Source: Eledone cirrhosa
Lineage: Eukaryota
DNA: 64,000 nt
Direction of reading: 5' to 3'
NCBI GenBank assembly: GCA_964016885.1
Contig: OZ024740.1
Coordinates: 10,292,001-10,356,000, forward strand
Part shown: positions 14,063-27,497 of the stretch, one piece after another
How positions within the stretch are numbered: the stretch's first letter is position 1
How the letters are laid out: the number at the start of each line of letters is the position of its first letter
Notes under the pieces: generated by a model
What the model saw: only the letters and a program-made list of their open reading frames with translations
What the model was told of the DNA's origin: nothing
Database searches by the model: none
Translations under genes and position numbers: made by a program

Positions 14063-14469
14063 ATTCTCAAAATATCCCCATCAAAATAAGAACAGCCCAT
14101 CACGATCCCCACCACTACATCCCCACCACCGCATCCCCACCACCACATCATCACCACCACCAGTGAGGGATAGAGAACGGGTTAGGGGTAAGTAAGTAAG
14201 ATCTTTCTTTCTTTAATCCCCCCCCTCCATGTGAAAAGAATGCAAACTTTAGAAATTTACGAACGTAACTGATGTCGCTGACTGCTTCAACAGGGAAGTG
14301 TGTATGTGTGTGTATATGTGTATATGTGCGGGTGTTTATGTCCATGTGGGTGAGCTGCATGCTATATATATTATATAAGATAAGCAAGCAGTTCACACTG
14401 TTCTCACTATGTGAGTAATATATATTATGTAAATGTATATCTATGTGTACAGTTAACAGCAAAATATGT

Positions 14470-14569
<100 letters not shown>

Positions 14570-14584
14570 GTATATATATATATG

Positions 14585-14663
<79 letters not shown>

Positions 14664-14734
14664 GTAGGTCCCGGGTTGAGTCGGGGATAACCACAGTAAG
14701 TAAGGTACTCAATACATGGCAGAGTAAAATTTTT

Positions 14735-14853
14735 TATTTTATAGAAGGAGCTTCTACAGGACTAGTACTGTTTCATTCAGATGAAATCTTCAGGAAGCTC
14801 CTGAAGATTTCATCTGAATGAAACAGTACTAGTCCTGTAGAAGCTCCTTCTAT

Positions 14854-14859
<6 letters not shown>
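14735..14859. repeat. Perfect palindrome with 61-bp arms and a 3-nt loop
   Basis: 14735-14795 is the reverse complement of 14799-14859. Confidence 0.95.
14747..14801 (-). ncRNA. Type I hammerhead ribozyme with complete fold
   Basis: Minus strand GGAGCTTC-CTGAAGA-t-ttca(tc)tgaa-t-GAA-ACAG(tactagtc)CTGT-A-GAAGCTCC: 8-bp stem I, 4-bp stem III, GUA cleavage triplet. Confidence 0.8.
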
Positions 14860-14892
<33 letters not shown>

Positions 14893-15117
14893 CAAAGGAG
14901 TTGTGGTAAGGAACCAGGTGGACCATAACGCACCAGAGTACTCAATACTTAGGGTAGTAGAGTGGGAAATAGGAAAAAGTATGACTCCGACGGCAGAGCT
15001 CAAGCCGTTTCGACGGCTATTTCTGGACCTGAGTCGGGGTCATACTTTTTCCTATATACATATATATATAAATGAAAAGTATAGAAATTATTATGAGCAA
15101 GAAGCACACAGTATTTC

Positions 15118-15209
<92 letters not shown>

Positions 15210-15250
15210 TATATATATATATATATATATAAGTATATATATATATATAA

Positions 15251-15315
<65 letters not shown>

Positions 15316-15368
15316 TATATATAAATATATAAGTATATATATATATATATATAAGTATATATATATAA

Positions 15369-15495
<127 letters not shown>

Positions 15496-15618
15496 CATAT
15501 ACATATATACATATATATAAATGTATATATACTCGTTCCTATTACCCACTCTACTACCCTAAGTATTGAGTACTTTGGTGCGTTATGGTCCACCTGGTTC
15601 CTTACCACATTTCCTTCG

Positions 15619-15837
<219 letters not shown>

Positions 15838-15979
15838 CATATATATAAACTCCACTGTTAACTAATGCCATTTTTGTAATCTAGCCCCACCCCATCAACT
15901 TTCTACACCTCTCGCTACACAACAACAACAACAACAATAGATTCGGAAACAAATTTAGACATTTTGTCTGTACTTGAGT

Positions 15980-15982
15980 CAG

Positions 15983-16018
<36 letters not shown>

Positions 16019-16348
16019 ACACGCACATACACACACACAAACACACACAAACACACACGCGCACACACAAACACACATGTATATATGTGTGCCTACACAA
16101 AACATGTGCATGTAATTATGAATGTGTGAATGACTGCAAGCATCTCTATCTCTGTATGTATACATACATATATACATACACACATATATACATACATACC
16201 TACATACATATATATATACATACACACATATATACATATATACCTACATACATACATATATGCATACACACATATATACATACATACATATATACATACA
16301 TACATAGATACATACATATATGCATACACACATACATACATACATACA

Positions 16349-16381
<33 letters not shown>

Positions 16382-16850
16382 GCATAATACATAGATACAT
16401 ACATATATACATACATAGATACATACATATATACATACGTATATACATACATAAATTTATATAAGTATGTGTGTGTGTGAGCGAGTGCCCCCAAGCACAT
16501 ATATGCATATATGAATATGTGTGTATCTAGCCACTCATACACATACACACATACACATACACACATACACACACATACACATACACACACATATAGATAC
16601 ACATACACACAGATACACATACACACATACACACACATACACATACACATACACACACCTACATACACACACATACACATACATACACATATACATACAC
16701 ACTCACACATACATACACACACATATACACACACATACACACATACACACACATATATCATGACACTTTTGACGTTTTATTTAATATTACAAAGAAACAG
16801 CTAATCTCTCTCTCTCTCTCTTCCTCTCTCTCTTCCTCTCTCTCTCTCTT
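15980..16850. repeat. Compound microsatellites (CA)n, (CATA)n, (CACATA)n, (TC)n
   Basis: Direct reading. Confidence 0.93.
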
Positions 16851-17518
16851 TATGTCTGTCCCTATCCCCCTCCCCTTCTCTCCTTCCTCCCACCTCATGA
16901 AAGAGCATGAAGTGGAATTGATGAAGATTGACAACGGATCTGATGTCTCTGCCGTAAAGAAGCTAGCAGATGGGTGTAGTGGGAGTAGTGGTGCATAAAG
17001 AGGAGGGCAGCCGACGGGGTGCAGTGAGAGTAGTGGTGCACTGTAATGCAGTGAGAGGGATGTGGAGGTGAGGATGTAGGGTGGAAGTGGAAGAAGGGGA
17101 GGAAGATTTGTTTTCCTTGAGGTTCAACTGTGAATTAAGCTGGGGTGGGTTTGGAATGCAGTGGAATAAAGCTTATAAGGAACAAAGGAAGCGTAAAACT
17201 GAACACAAATGGATCTCCATCAGTTTCGACGGTGAGCATTCAGTTGCTTGATTAACTGAACTACCTGCTTATTGAATTTACATACAAGTGACTAAGCATT
17301 CTCTCAAACACAAACCATTTCAGACAGACTCAACGTGACACAGTATGTGACAAGGCAAATCCGCCCGATGGTCTCCCAATTTTTCCAAGGTTTAGTTCGA
17401 TTCGGAACCATGGTAGAAGACACCTGCCCAATAAGATCGAACTGGCGACTTCATGATTGCAAAGTTATTAATTCGACGTGTTGCATCTCAAAAATAACAA
17501 TAGGGGATCCAGATATTG

Positions 17519-19625
17519 GATAGACCGTGACATTACATAGATCACGACATGACATCGTCCATGACATTACATAGACCATGACATTACATAGACCATGACA
17601 TTACATAGACCATGACATTACATAGACCATGATATTACATAGACCATAACATAGACCATGACATGACTTAAAACATGACATTACATAGACCATGACATTA
17701 CATAGACCATGTCATAACATAGACCGTGAATTTACATAGACCATGACATTACATAGACAATGGCATAGAGAATGACATTACATAGACTATGACATAACAT
17801 AGACCATGACATGACATAGACCGTGACATTACATAGATCATGACATTACATAGACCATAATATTACATAGAATATGACATGACATAGACCATGACAAAAC
17901 ATAGAGCATAACATTAATTAGACCATGACATAACACAGACCATAACATAACATAGACCATGACATTACATAGACTATGACATTACATAGACCATAACATT
18001 ACATATACCATGACATTACATAGACTATGACATAACATTACATAGACCATGACATTACATGGACCATGACATAGACCATGACATTACATAAACCATGACA
18101 TTACATAGACCATGGCATTACATAGACCATGGCATTACATAGACCATGGCATTACATAGACCATGACATTACATAGACCATGACATGATATAGACCATGA
18201 CATTACATAGACTATGAGATTATATAGACCATGATATTACATACAGCATGACATGACATAGACCATGATATTACATAGACCATGACATTACATAGACCAT
18301 GACATTACATAGACCATGACATTACATAGACCATGACATTACATAGACCATGACATTACATAGACCATGATATGAAATAGACCATAGCATTACATAGACT
18401 CTGACAAGACATAGACCATGACACGACATACACCATGACATGACATAGACCATGAAATAGCATAGAGCGTGACATTACATAGACCATGTCATTACATAGA
18501 CCATGACATTACATAGACCATGACATCACATAGACCATGACATAACATAGACCATAACATTACATAGACCATGACATTACATAGACCATAACACCAACTA
18601 TGATATTACATAGACCATGACATAGACTATGACATTACATAGACCATAACACCGACTATGATATTACATAGACCATGACATAGACTATGACATTACATAG
18701 ACCATAACACCAACTATGATATTACATAGACCATGACATAGACTATGACATTACATAGACCATAACACCGACTATGATATTACATAGACCATGACATAGA
18801 CTATGACATTACATAGACCATAACACCAACTATGATATTACATAGACCATGACATAGACTATGACATTACATAGACCATAACACCGACTATGATATTACA
18901 TAGACCATCAAATAGACTATGACATAACATAGAGCATAACATAACATAGACAATGACATTACATAGACCGTCACATTACATAGACCACGACATAGACCAT
19001 GACATTACATATACTTTGACATAGACCATGACATAAAATATGACATGACATAGACCATGACATTACATATACCATGACATTACATAGACCAGGACATTAC
19101 ATAGACCGTGACATAGACTATGACATGACTTAAAGCGTGACATTACATAGACTGTGACATTACATAGACCATGACATAACATAGACCTTGACATTACATA
19201 GCCCATTGCATTACATAGACCATGATATTACTTAGACCGTGACATTACATAGATTATGACATTACATAGACCATGACATTACATAGACCATGACATAGAC
19301 CATGATATGACATAGACCATGACATTACATAGACCAGGACATGAAATAGACCATGACATGAAATAGACCATGACATAGACCATGATATGACATAGACCAT
19401 GACATTACATAGACCAGGACATTACATAGACCATGACATGAAAAAGACCATGACATAGAATATGACATTACATAGACCATAACATTACATAGACCGTGAC
19501 ATTACATAGACTATGACATTACATAGACCATGACATTACATAGACTATGACATTACATAGACTATGACATTACATAAACCATGACAATACATAGACCATA
19601 ACATTACATAGACCATAACATAGAC
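17519..19625. repeat. Degenerate 17/12-bp minisatellite (catagaccatgacatta), left part
   Basis: Direct reading; continues after the hAT insertion. Confidence 0.95.
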
Positions 19626-20100
19626 CAAATGTTCTCAACGGGGGGCATATGCACCCCCAGGGGACGTTTTGGAACTCCAGGGGGGGACAAGGGGGCATCA
19701 GGGGGGCGCTAGGGGGGCATTGGAAGGCTCTTTACTTTGGTAAGTTTTATAAGCCATATTTGTATGTCTGTGAGACAGCCAGTGTGATGGGATTTGAATG
19801 AGCATGCAGACAGCATAACTATGGTCTGACTGCAGCTGTAAGCAGGTGTGCAGGCGTGTCTAAACATTAACCGCCAATTGAGATCCTAAAAATGGAAAAA
19901 ACCCACAGTCAACTGCGTCAAGGACACTTTGAGCGTAGCCAGTTAGAATCTTGTCTTTGCTTCACCGATAACAATGTATTTCATGTCTGAAATTATTGAC
20001 TCAACCGTAACGAGTTAACACTATGTATTTTATTCCCTATTGTATAAATAATATTACAAATAATATTACAAATAAAAAAAGAAAAGAAAAAACACAAAAG

Positions 20101-20338
20101 CGGGTAGCCCACCCATCTAGGACCACATACAACATATAAGCAGGTAATACACACATCTAGGACCACATACAACTCATAATCAGGTAGCACACACATCTAG
20201 GACCACATTCAACACATAATCAGATAATACACACATCTAGGACCACATGCAACACATAAGCAGGTAATACACACATCTAGGACTGCATACAACACACAGG
20301 GAGGTAATACATACATCTAGAACCACATACAACACACA
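20101..20338. repeat. 40-bp tandem repeat (about 6 copies) inside the hAT element
   Basis: cacatctaggaccacatacaacacataagcaggtaataca with 40-bp period (ctag at 20117, 20157, ...). Confidence 0.92.
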
Positions 20339-20339
20339 T

Positions 20340-21374
20340 TGTATCATGTGCTACGGATGATGCAAGAGCAATGGTCGGCCAACATAAGGGTTTCTTCACT
20401 CTTCTGAAGAGAGAAAATCTATCTGTATTTGCTGTTCATTGTGTCATTCATCAACAACACTTGGCTGCGAAGTAACTCAGTGAGCCGCTGAGCAAGTCCT
20501 TGCAGGTGACCATTGATGTCATCAATTTTATCAAACACCATTCCCTCAATGAACAAAATTTTCGGCAACTGCGCCAAGATAATGACGAAGAATTCGTCAA
20601 GTTGCTCCTTCATAATGAAGTGAGGTGGCTTTCAAAGAGCAAGTGCCTTACTCACTTCTTTGAACTGTTCGACTCTATCATTGAGTTTCTTCGAGGACGC
20701 AACACATAACTGTACAAGAAAACCCTCGATGTGAGGCAAGACTGCGCCTACCTCGCTAACATCTTTGACAAATGCAATAACGTCATTATGGCTTTGCAGG
20801 GGAAGAAGATCACCTTGCTTAAAGCAAGGAATGCTGTGAAAACATTCCTGGCCAAATTGAATGTCATCGAAAGGAATCTTTGTTGACGGGAATTCTATCA
20901 TTTTCCTAGTGTCGTCAATGTTCAAAACATTGTAGGCGATGACCAACTCCAAATTTATACCGCTCACTTCCGTGCACTACAAGACAACATGAGAAAATAG
21001 TTTGTTGATCTTTTGCCGATGGACATCCCAAAGTGGATAGCAGATCCCTTCATAGCTAACATCAACGATTTGGACGTTAAATTTCAGGAAGAATTCATTG
21101 AACTTCAAGCAGATAACATGATCAAAATTAGATTTCCCAAAATAGGTAAACCCCTTTTTTGGATGCAAGAGGAAATTCAACGTCGATTTCCACTTCTACA
21201 TGCAGAGGCTAAGAGATTTGCTCTGCCTTTTCTAAGCTCATACTTAGTTGAGAGGAGGTTTGGTGCACCCGCTACAATCTAATTACACGTGGAGATCGCT
21301 AGCTACATCTTACGAAAATTCAGCCTCATGTCAAAGAGTTAGCTAGACTCCATGAAGCTCAAGGATTCCATTGA
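20340..21374 (+). pseudogene. Buster-type (ZBED5/SCAND3-like) transposase pseudogene, C-terminal part
   Basis: ATDDARAMVG, VHCVIHQQHLAAK, LLLHNEVRWLSK, LQG, WIADPF, FW, PFLSSYLVERRF; several stops. Confidence 0.9.
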
Positions 21375-21784
21375 AATGAGGTCAAAGTTAAAGTAAGTTG
21401 ATTTATCCGAAAACTTGGATATGCTATTGTTACAAAGCAAACTAACAATTTTTATATTTGTAGTTGCCGTCTGACTGCAATTCACTTACTCATTTGTTGT
21501 ATATATTTTACCATTTACTAATAAATATACCCTCTTATATAGTCATGAAAACCCTCTTCCACTGTCTCTAAGCTCACAAAGAGGAGGGGACATCAAGTTA
21601 GATATCAACATTTATTCTGTCTGTTTCAATAAAAGCAAAATTAGAAAGCTTTGAAATGATATAATTGCCACTTTCTTCCAGATAAGAGCACTCTTGGGAT
21701 AGACAGAGTTGCTCTTGTATAAATGTTCAAAATAGCTGGTATCGCCTGGTGGGAATATAACAAATTCAACTGGTCCTCTAGCAG

Positions 21785-22045
21785 TACCGTTTTACATCCG
21801 TTCTTCCATGCTAGCATGGGTTAGACGGGTTGTCCTCTTGTGGGCAGTGTCTGGTCGGCTGACCTTGTCTTGCTCATACGGGAACTGATTCTGGCTTGAT
21901 TTCTACAGATGGATGCCCTTCCTAACATCAACCTCATTTACAGTGAGTGCTGGGTGCTTTTTTCCGTGGCGCCTACACGTCCCCTTTACAGTGTGGGTTG
22001 GGTGCTTTTTTTTCCGTGGCACCTCCACGACCTCTTTGCAGTGGA
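21785..22045. repeat. Probable dispersed repeat fragment nested in the hAT element
   Basis: Contains ggatgcccttcctaac, which I recall from common invertebrate RTE/SINE-associated repeats, and a local duplication of tttacagtg...gggtgcttttttccgtggc. Family not determined. Confidence 0.4.
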
Positions 22046-22053
22046 ATGATAGT

Positions 22054-22194
22054 GACCCCAGTCCCTATCATCTCATTTCTACAGCTGAGTAAACTGGAGC
22101 AATGTGAAATAAAGTGAAACAACACATCACCCGGTCCGAGAATTGAACTCACAACCTTTCGATTGAAAGCTCTAACCACTAAACTAATGCGCCT
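22054..22194 (-). mobile_element. tRNA-derived SINE (second family) nested in the hAT element
   Basis: Minus strand aggcgcatTAGTTTAGTGGttagagc (A box)...gaGTTCAATTC (B box)...cacattgctccagtttactcagctg core-like domain. Confidence 0.75.
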
Positions 22195-22441
22195 TTCTTA
22201 TTCATAAAAAAGAAAATTTATGTTCCTTTTTTTTAAATTTATATATTTCCTTTCAAGGAATGTATTTATACTCTCAGCTGCCTGCGATGATATCTTTGGA
22301 ATATTGTTAATCAATTTTTTAGTAATCGACTGATATCAAAATCAGTAGTATATTGAAAAATGGAAAAATAGGGGGGGGGGGGCTTTCGTGATTTTGAGGG
22401 ACAAAAGGGGGCGTTTGGCCTAAATGGGTGGAGAACCTGTG

Positions 22442-23875
22442 ACATACACCATGACAATACTTAGACCATGACATTACATAGACCATGACATTACATAGAC
22501 CATAACATAGACTATGACATTACATAGACCATGACATTACTTAGACCATGACATAACATAGACCGTGACATTACATAGACAATGGCATTACATAGGCCAT
22601 GACATAACATAGACCATAACATTACATAGACCATGACATTACATAGACAATGACATTACATAGGCCATGGCATAACATAGACCATAACATTAAATAGACC
22701 ATGACATTACATAGACTATGACATTACATAGAACATGACATTACTTAGACCATAACATTACTTAGACCATGACATTACATAGACCATAACATTAAATAGA
22801 CCATGACATTACATAGACTATGACATTACATAGAACATGACATTACTTAGACCATAACATTACTTAGACCATGACATAAGATAGACCATAACATTACATA
22901 GACCATGAAATTACATAGACTATGACATTACATAGAACATGACATAACATAGACCGTGACATAACATAGATCATAACATAGACCATGACATTAGTTATAC
23001 CATGACATTGCATAGACCATAACATAGACTATGACATTACATAGACCATGACATTACGTAGATCAGGACATTACATAGACGAGGAAATAGACTATGACAT
23101 TACATAGACCATGACATTACTTAGAACATGACATTACATAGACCATGACATGACATAGACCATGACATAGACTATCACATTACATAGAGCAGGACATTAT
23201 AAATACCATGACATAGAATATGACATTACATAGACCATGACATAACATAGACGGTGACATTACATATACTATGACATTACATAGACCATGACATAATATA
23301 GACCGCGACATTACGTAGACCATGACATTACATAGACCATGATATAACATAGACCATGACATTACATAGACTCTGACATTACATAGACCCTGACATAACA
23401 TAGACCATGACATAGACCATGACATTACATAGACCATGACATTACTTAGACCATAACATTACTTAGACCGTGACATTACATATACTATGACATTACATAG
23501 ACCATGACATAATATAGACCGCGACATTACGTAGACCATGACATTACATAGAACATGACATTACGTAGACCATGATATAACATAGACCATGACATAACAT
23601 AGACCATGACATAACATAGACCATGACATAACATAGACCATGACATTACATAGACCATGACATAAGCCGTGACATTAATAGACTATGACATTACACAGAC
23701 CGTGACATTACATAGACCATGACATAGTCTATGACATTACTTAGACCATAACATTATTTAGACCGTGACATAACATAGACCATGGCATTACATAGACTAT
23801 GACATTACATAGATCGTGACATTACATAGACCGTGACATTACGTAGACCATGACATAGACCATGACATAGACCAC
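22442..23875. repeat. Degenerate 17/12-bp minisatellite, right part
   Basis: Same unit as 17519-19625. Confidence 0.95.
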
Positions 23876-23925
23876 CCAGTCGATATTGTCTATTATATGA
23901 TATTGTGGTGGTTAATGATATCTTT

Positions 23926-24142
23926 ATAATAGTTTCTGACTTAGACACAAGGCCAACAACTTTGGAGCAGGGGAAATTAATTAAATCGACCCCAGTGCGT
24001 TACTGGTACTTCATTTTATCTACTCCGTATCGATGAAAAGAAAAGCTAACCTCGGTGGGATTTGAACTCAGAATGTAAAGAGCAGTAACTCTATGCCAGG
24101 TAGCATGGTGTCCAACGCTCTACTAGTCCACCACCCCACCTT
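23926..24142 (-). mobile_element. tRNA-derived SINE, diverged full-length copy with a single head
   Basis: Collinear with 24528-24750 (cacaaggcc...atcgaccccagtgcgttactggtact...aacctcgg.gggatttgaactcag...agcatggtgtccaacgctctac). B box GAGTTCAAATCCC on minus at 24057-24069. Confidence 0.85.
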
Positions 24143-24239
24143 CCTTGTGGTACCTTTATAATACCGTCACAGTTTGTCTCATTATAGTTTCATCTATTTG
24201 GGGAATACAATGGAGTGCTAGTTTTGAAGTACCCGTGCA

Positions 24240-24335
24240 GGCGGTGAACTGGAGAAATTTTAAGAATGTCGGATAAGATTCCTTGCGGTGATATCCCGGC
24301 TCTTTGAGTTTTGAATCGAAATCCAGTTGTGGCCT
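24240..24335 (+). mobile_element. Decayed SINE head fragment of a related family, plus strand
   Basis: ggcggtgaactgg...gtcgga... resembles the reverse complement of the neighbouring SINE heads. Confidence 0.45.
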
Positions 24336-24527
24336 ACATGGGTGGAAGGATTGATTCCATCCTGCAATTTAACACCGCTATTTAACCCGTGGGGGCTTTT
24401 AGCGGATTTCATTCTACAGCAAACGCTCAGACTAAATCTTTGGTTTGAGGATATCTTCTTTACTCCTCTCCACCTGTCTCAGAGGCTCTAAATAGAGTCA
24501 TGAACTCTACCCTTCCCTGTCTGAATA

Positions 24528-24750
24528 AATAATGGTTTCTTATATAGGCACAAGGCCAGCAATTTTGGGGAAAGGGAAAGTCGATTAAATCGACCCCAGT
24601 GCGTTACTGGTACTTTATTTTATCGACCCCGTAAGGATGAGAGGCAAAGTTAACCTCGGCGGGATTTGAACTCAGATCACAAAGGGAGGTAACTCTATGC
24701 TTCAAAGCATGTCGTCCGACCCTCTACCGATACTGCCAATCCACCGCCCT
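24528..24750 (-). mobile_element. tRNA-derived SINE whose 5' head is the first monomer of the 45-bp array
   Basis: Minus strand agggcggtggatTGGCAGTATCGGtagagggtcggacgacatgct (A-box region)...ctGAGTTCAAATCCCgccg (B box 24661-24673)...ggggtcgat...ggccttgtgcc, then an AT-rich tail. Confidence 0.88.
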
Positions 24751-25163
24751 AGCATGGTGTCCCACCCTCTACCGATACTGCCAATCTACCGCCCTAGCAT
24801 GGTGTCCAACCCTCTACCGATACTGCCAATCCACCGCCCTAGCATGGTGTCCGACCCTCTACCTATACTGCCAATCCACCACCCTAGCATGGTGTCCGAC
24901 CCTCTACCGATACTGCCAATCCACCACCCTAGCATGGTGTCAGACCCTCTACCTATACTGCCAATCCACCACCCTACCATGGAGTCCGACCCTCTACCGA
25001 TACTGCCAAACCACCACCCTAGCATGGCGTCCGACACTCTACCGATACTGCCAATCCACCACCCTAGCATGGTGTCCCACCCTCTACCGATACTGCCAAT
25101 CCACCACCCTAGCATGGTGTCCCACCCTCTACCGATACTGCCAATCCACCGCCCTAGCATGGT
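24706..25163. repeat. 45-bp satellite seed array, 10 monomers
   Basis: agcatggtgtcc(g/c)accctctaccgatactgccaatccacc(a/g)ccct repeated 10 times. Confidence 0.97.
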
Positions 25164-25263
25164 TCGTATATTCCTTTTGCAGTTCATCTAATTCTCCTTT
25201 TCAGTGTTCAGTAAGTAGGATGATGTAGTCGGGATCACGATACCGTTACATGCCTCGCTGTGC

Positions 25264-25525
<262 letters not shown>

Positions 25526-25921
25526 TAGCGAGAATCGTATTTCAGCTCAGGAATTAACGAAAATCAACGTCCGAGATGTGTGGCAAGCGCTCGATGATTC
25601 ATGTGAATCAGAGCTACAACATACGTTAAGGGCCAAACACACTGAGATGATGGTTAAACATATCATCCGCACAGCCCAAACAAACGACCAAGTAATTCGG
25701 GTCAAACAATAAAAATATATGTGTTGATACTTTCCCGGACCCTGGACTGATGGTAAAATCAAGTATTGGTTTCTGCGACTCCAAAATCAGGTACTGTCCG
25801 CCTACATAAAGAATGTTGGGCTTCTGGTGAGATGATGAACAAGGAAGTCGTGTTATCAACGGGTTTTATTCCAAAATGCTATAGATAAATGTGTCTATTA
25901 CTGACCCACGTGGGGATCAGC

Positions 25922-26039
<118 letters not shown>

Positions 26040-26159
26040 GAAAAAAGATTTTCTAGTTGATATGAATGAAGTGATTCTGGGAACTCCCTGTCATATGATA
26101 GTATTTTCTGATGGATACCTTAAAGATGATTTCCCGCGTTGCTAGACAACTTCCTTCAT

Positions 26160-26490
26160 TGGAGTAAACGTTACTTGATAGAATGCGTAGCTCAGAAATG
26201 AGAGAGTCACTCCAGGTAGAGCCGCTACTTCTCTGAATTGAGAGATCACAGCTCCAATGCCATGGACATGTGGTTTAAATGTCTCGAGAAAGAATCGCTG
26301 AACAGATTTTTCGGGCAATGCCAACTTGCAAAAGACTCAAGGGTAGACCCCGTGCAAGAGGGTTGGATAATATCAATGAGCCTGGCTGGTCTCGCTTGGG
26401 GACCAAACTGGATCAGTTGGAGATGGTTGTTTCTATCAGGACATGATGGAAGAAGTGTTTGAGGACTTTGCACCTACAACCCTCTCAAGA
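26160..26490 (+). mobile_element. RTE (Expander/Rex3-like) LINE 3' end
   Basis: My translation: LLDRMRSSEMRESLQVEPLLL*IERSQLQCHGHVV*MSRERIAEQIFRAMPTCKRLKGRPRAR...W.RLG, followed directly by (GAA)n. Confidence 0.82.
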
Positions 26491-26613
26491 AGAAGAAGAA
26501 GAAGAAGAAGAAGAAGAAGAAGAAGAAGAAGAAGAAGAAGAAGAAGAAGAAGAAGAAGAAGAAGAAGAAGAAGAAGAAGAAGAAGAAGAAGAAGAAGAAG
26601 AAGAAGAAGAAGA
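26487..26613. repeat. (GAA)n microsatellite, about 42 units, at the RTE tail
   Basis: Direct reading. Confidence 0.97.
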
Positions 26614-27264
26614 ACTTTCTTGTCATTAGGACTATGATAACGTCAACATCAACAATAATAACAACAACGTTTACCCTTGGTTTGTTATCACCTTTCCGAT
26701 GCAGTACAAGTGATAAACACTGATGAGCAAAGAAATTACTTTTGATAGGGTGGGTTCTATATGGGCATTGCAAGTCCTAATCCTACCCGAAGTCAAAAGA
26801 ACCACTCTAGAGCTGTTCCTCATTGTAAATACAAAATGAATAGTGACAAGGTTGTGGTACAGTTCAGCTGTCATATACGTAGAAATTAGATTCATTTTAG
26901 GGCTTTCTGCTCCATAGAAGAAAGAGGAAATGGGTGTGGCAGATAGTAGCAGATACAGCAATAATAATTGCAGGACCCAAAGGTTACTGGCTGCAGAAAA
27001 CCATTGAGTCCATATCCGAGGATACCCGAAAAAGACATCCCCTCTCGCCTCCGGTGCCAGTGATCGATTACCAGGATGCCGAGGGTCGATTCCCGGTAGT
27101 ATGACTCCATCATCTGGCGATGATGAGGAGTGACAATGTTCTACAGATACAGTTTGTCAAGCAAACGGTTGTGTGGTCACCATGGCAATAGCAATCTTTA
27201 ACATCACTGATACACCGGCTTCTACAACTACACAAACGTCGCTCTATGAGGACGAGAATGATTG

Positions 27265-27468
27265 TAGCAACCACAGCAACGACAGTAGCAGCAGCAGCAG
27301 CAGCAGCGGCGGCAACAGCGGCAGCAACCACAGCAGCGACAGTAGCAGCAGCAGCAGCGGCATAGCAGCAGCAGCAGCAACAGAAACAGCAACGATGACG
27401 GCAACAATAATAACGACGAACAGCAATAATAACAATAATAAAAACAATAATAACAACAATAACACAAT
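27265..27468. repeat. Degenerate (CAG)n/(CAA)n/(TAA)n trinucleotide region
   Basis: Direct reading. Confidence 0.85.
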
Positions 27469-27497
27469 AGAGAAATCTATCGTACACACTCGCATAT

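Larger units (their letters stand above)
19626..22441 (+). mobile_element. hAT (Buster/Charlie-group) DNA transposon, decayed, with both ends
   Basis: TIRs caaatgttctcaac and gtggagaacctgtg (11/14). 8-bp TSD acatagac (19618-19625) and acatacac (22442-22449) with central TA. Transposase remnant inside. Confidence 0.85.

Noticed and set aside
16890-17518. Possible exon or TE remnant
   Set aside because: Only short frames and no motif I can support.
20340-21374. Domesticated ZBED/SCAND3-like host gene
   Set aside because: It has several in-frame stops, lacks the N-terminus, and is flanked by TIRs and a TSD.
22054-24750. Functional tRNA genes
   Set aside because: A and B boxes are present but no cloverleaf or acceptor stem is evident; they are followed by SINE body sequence.
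25521-25920. Unique-looking TA-flanked segment with short open frames
   Set aside because: No recognisable protein or RNA motif; cannot be classified without a database search.
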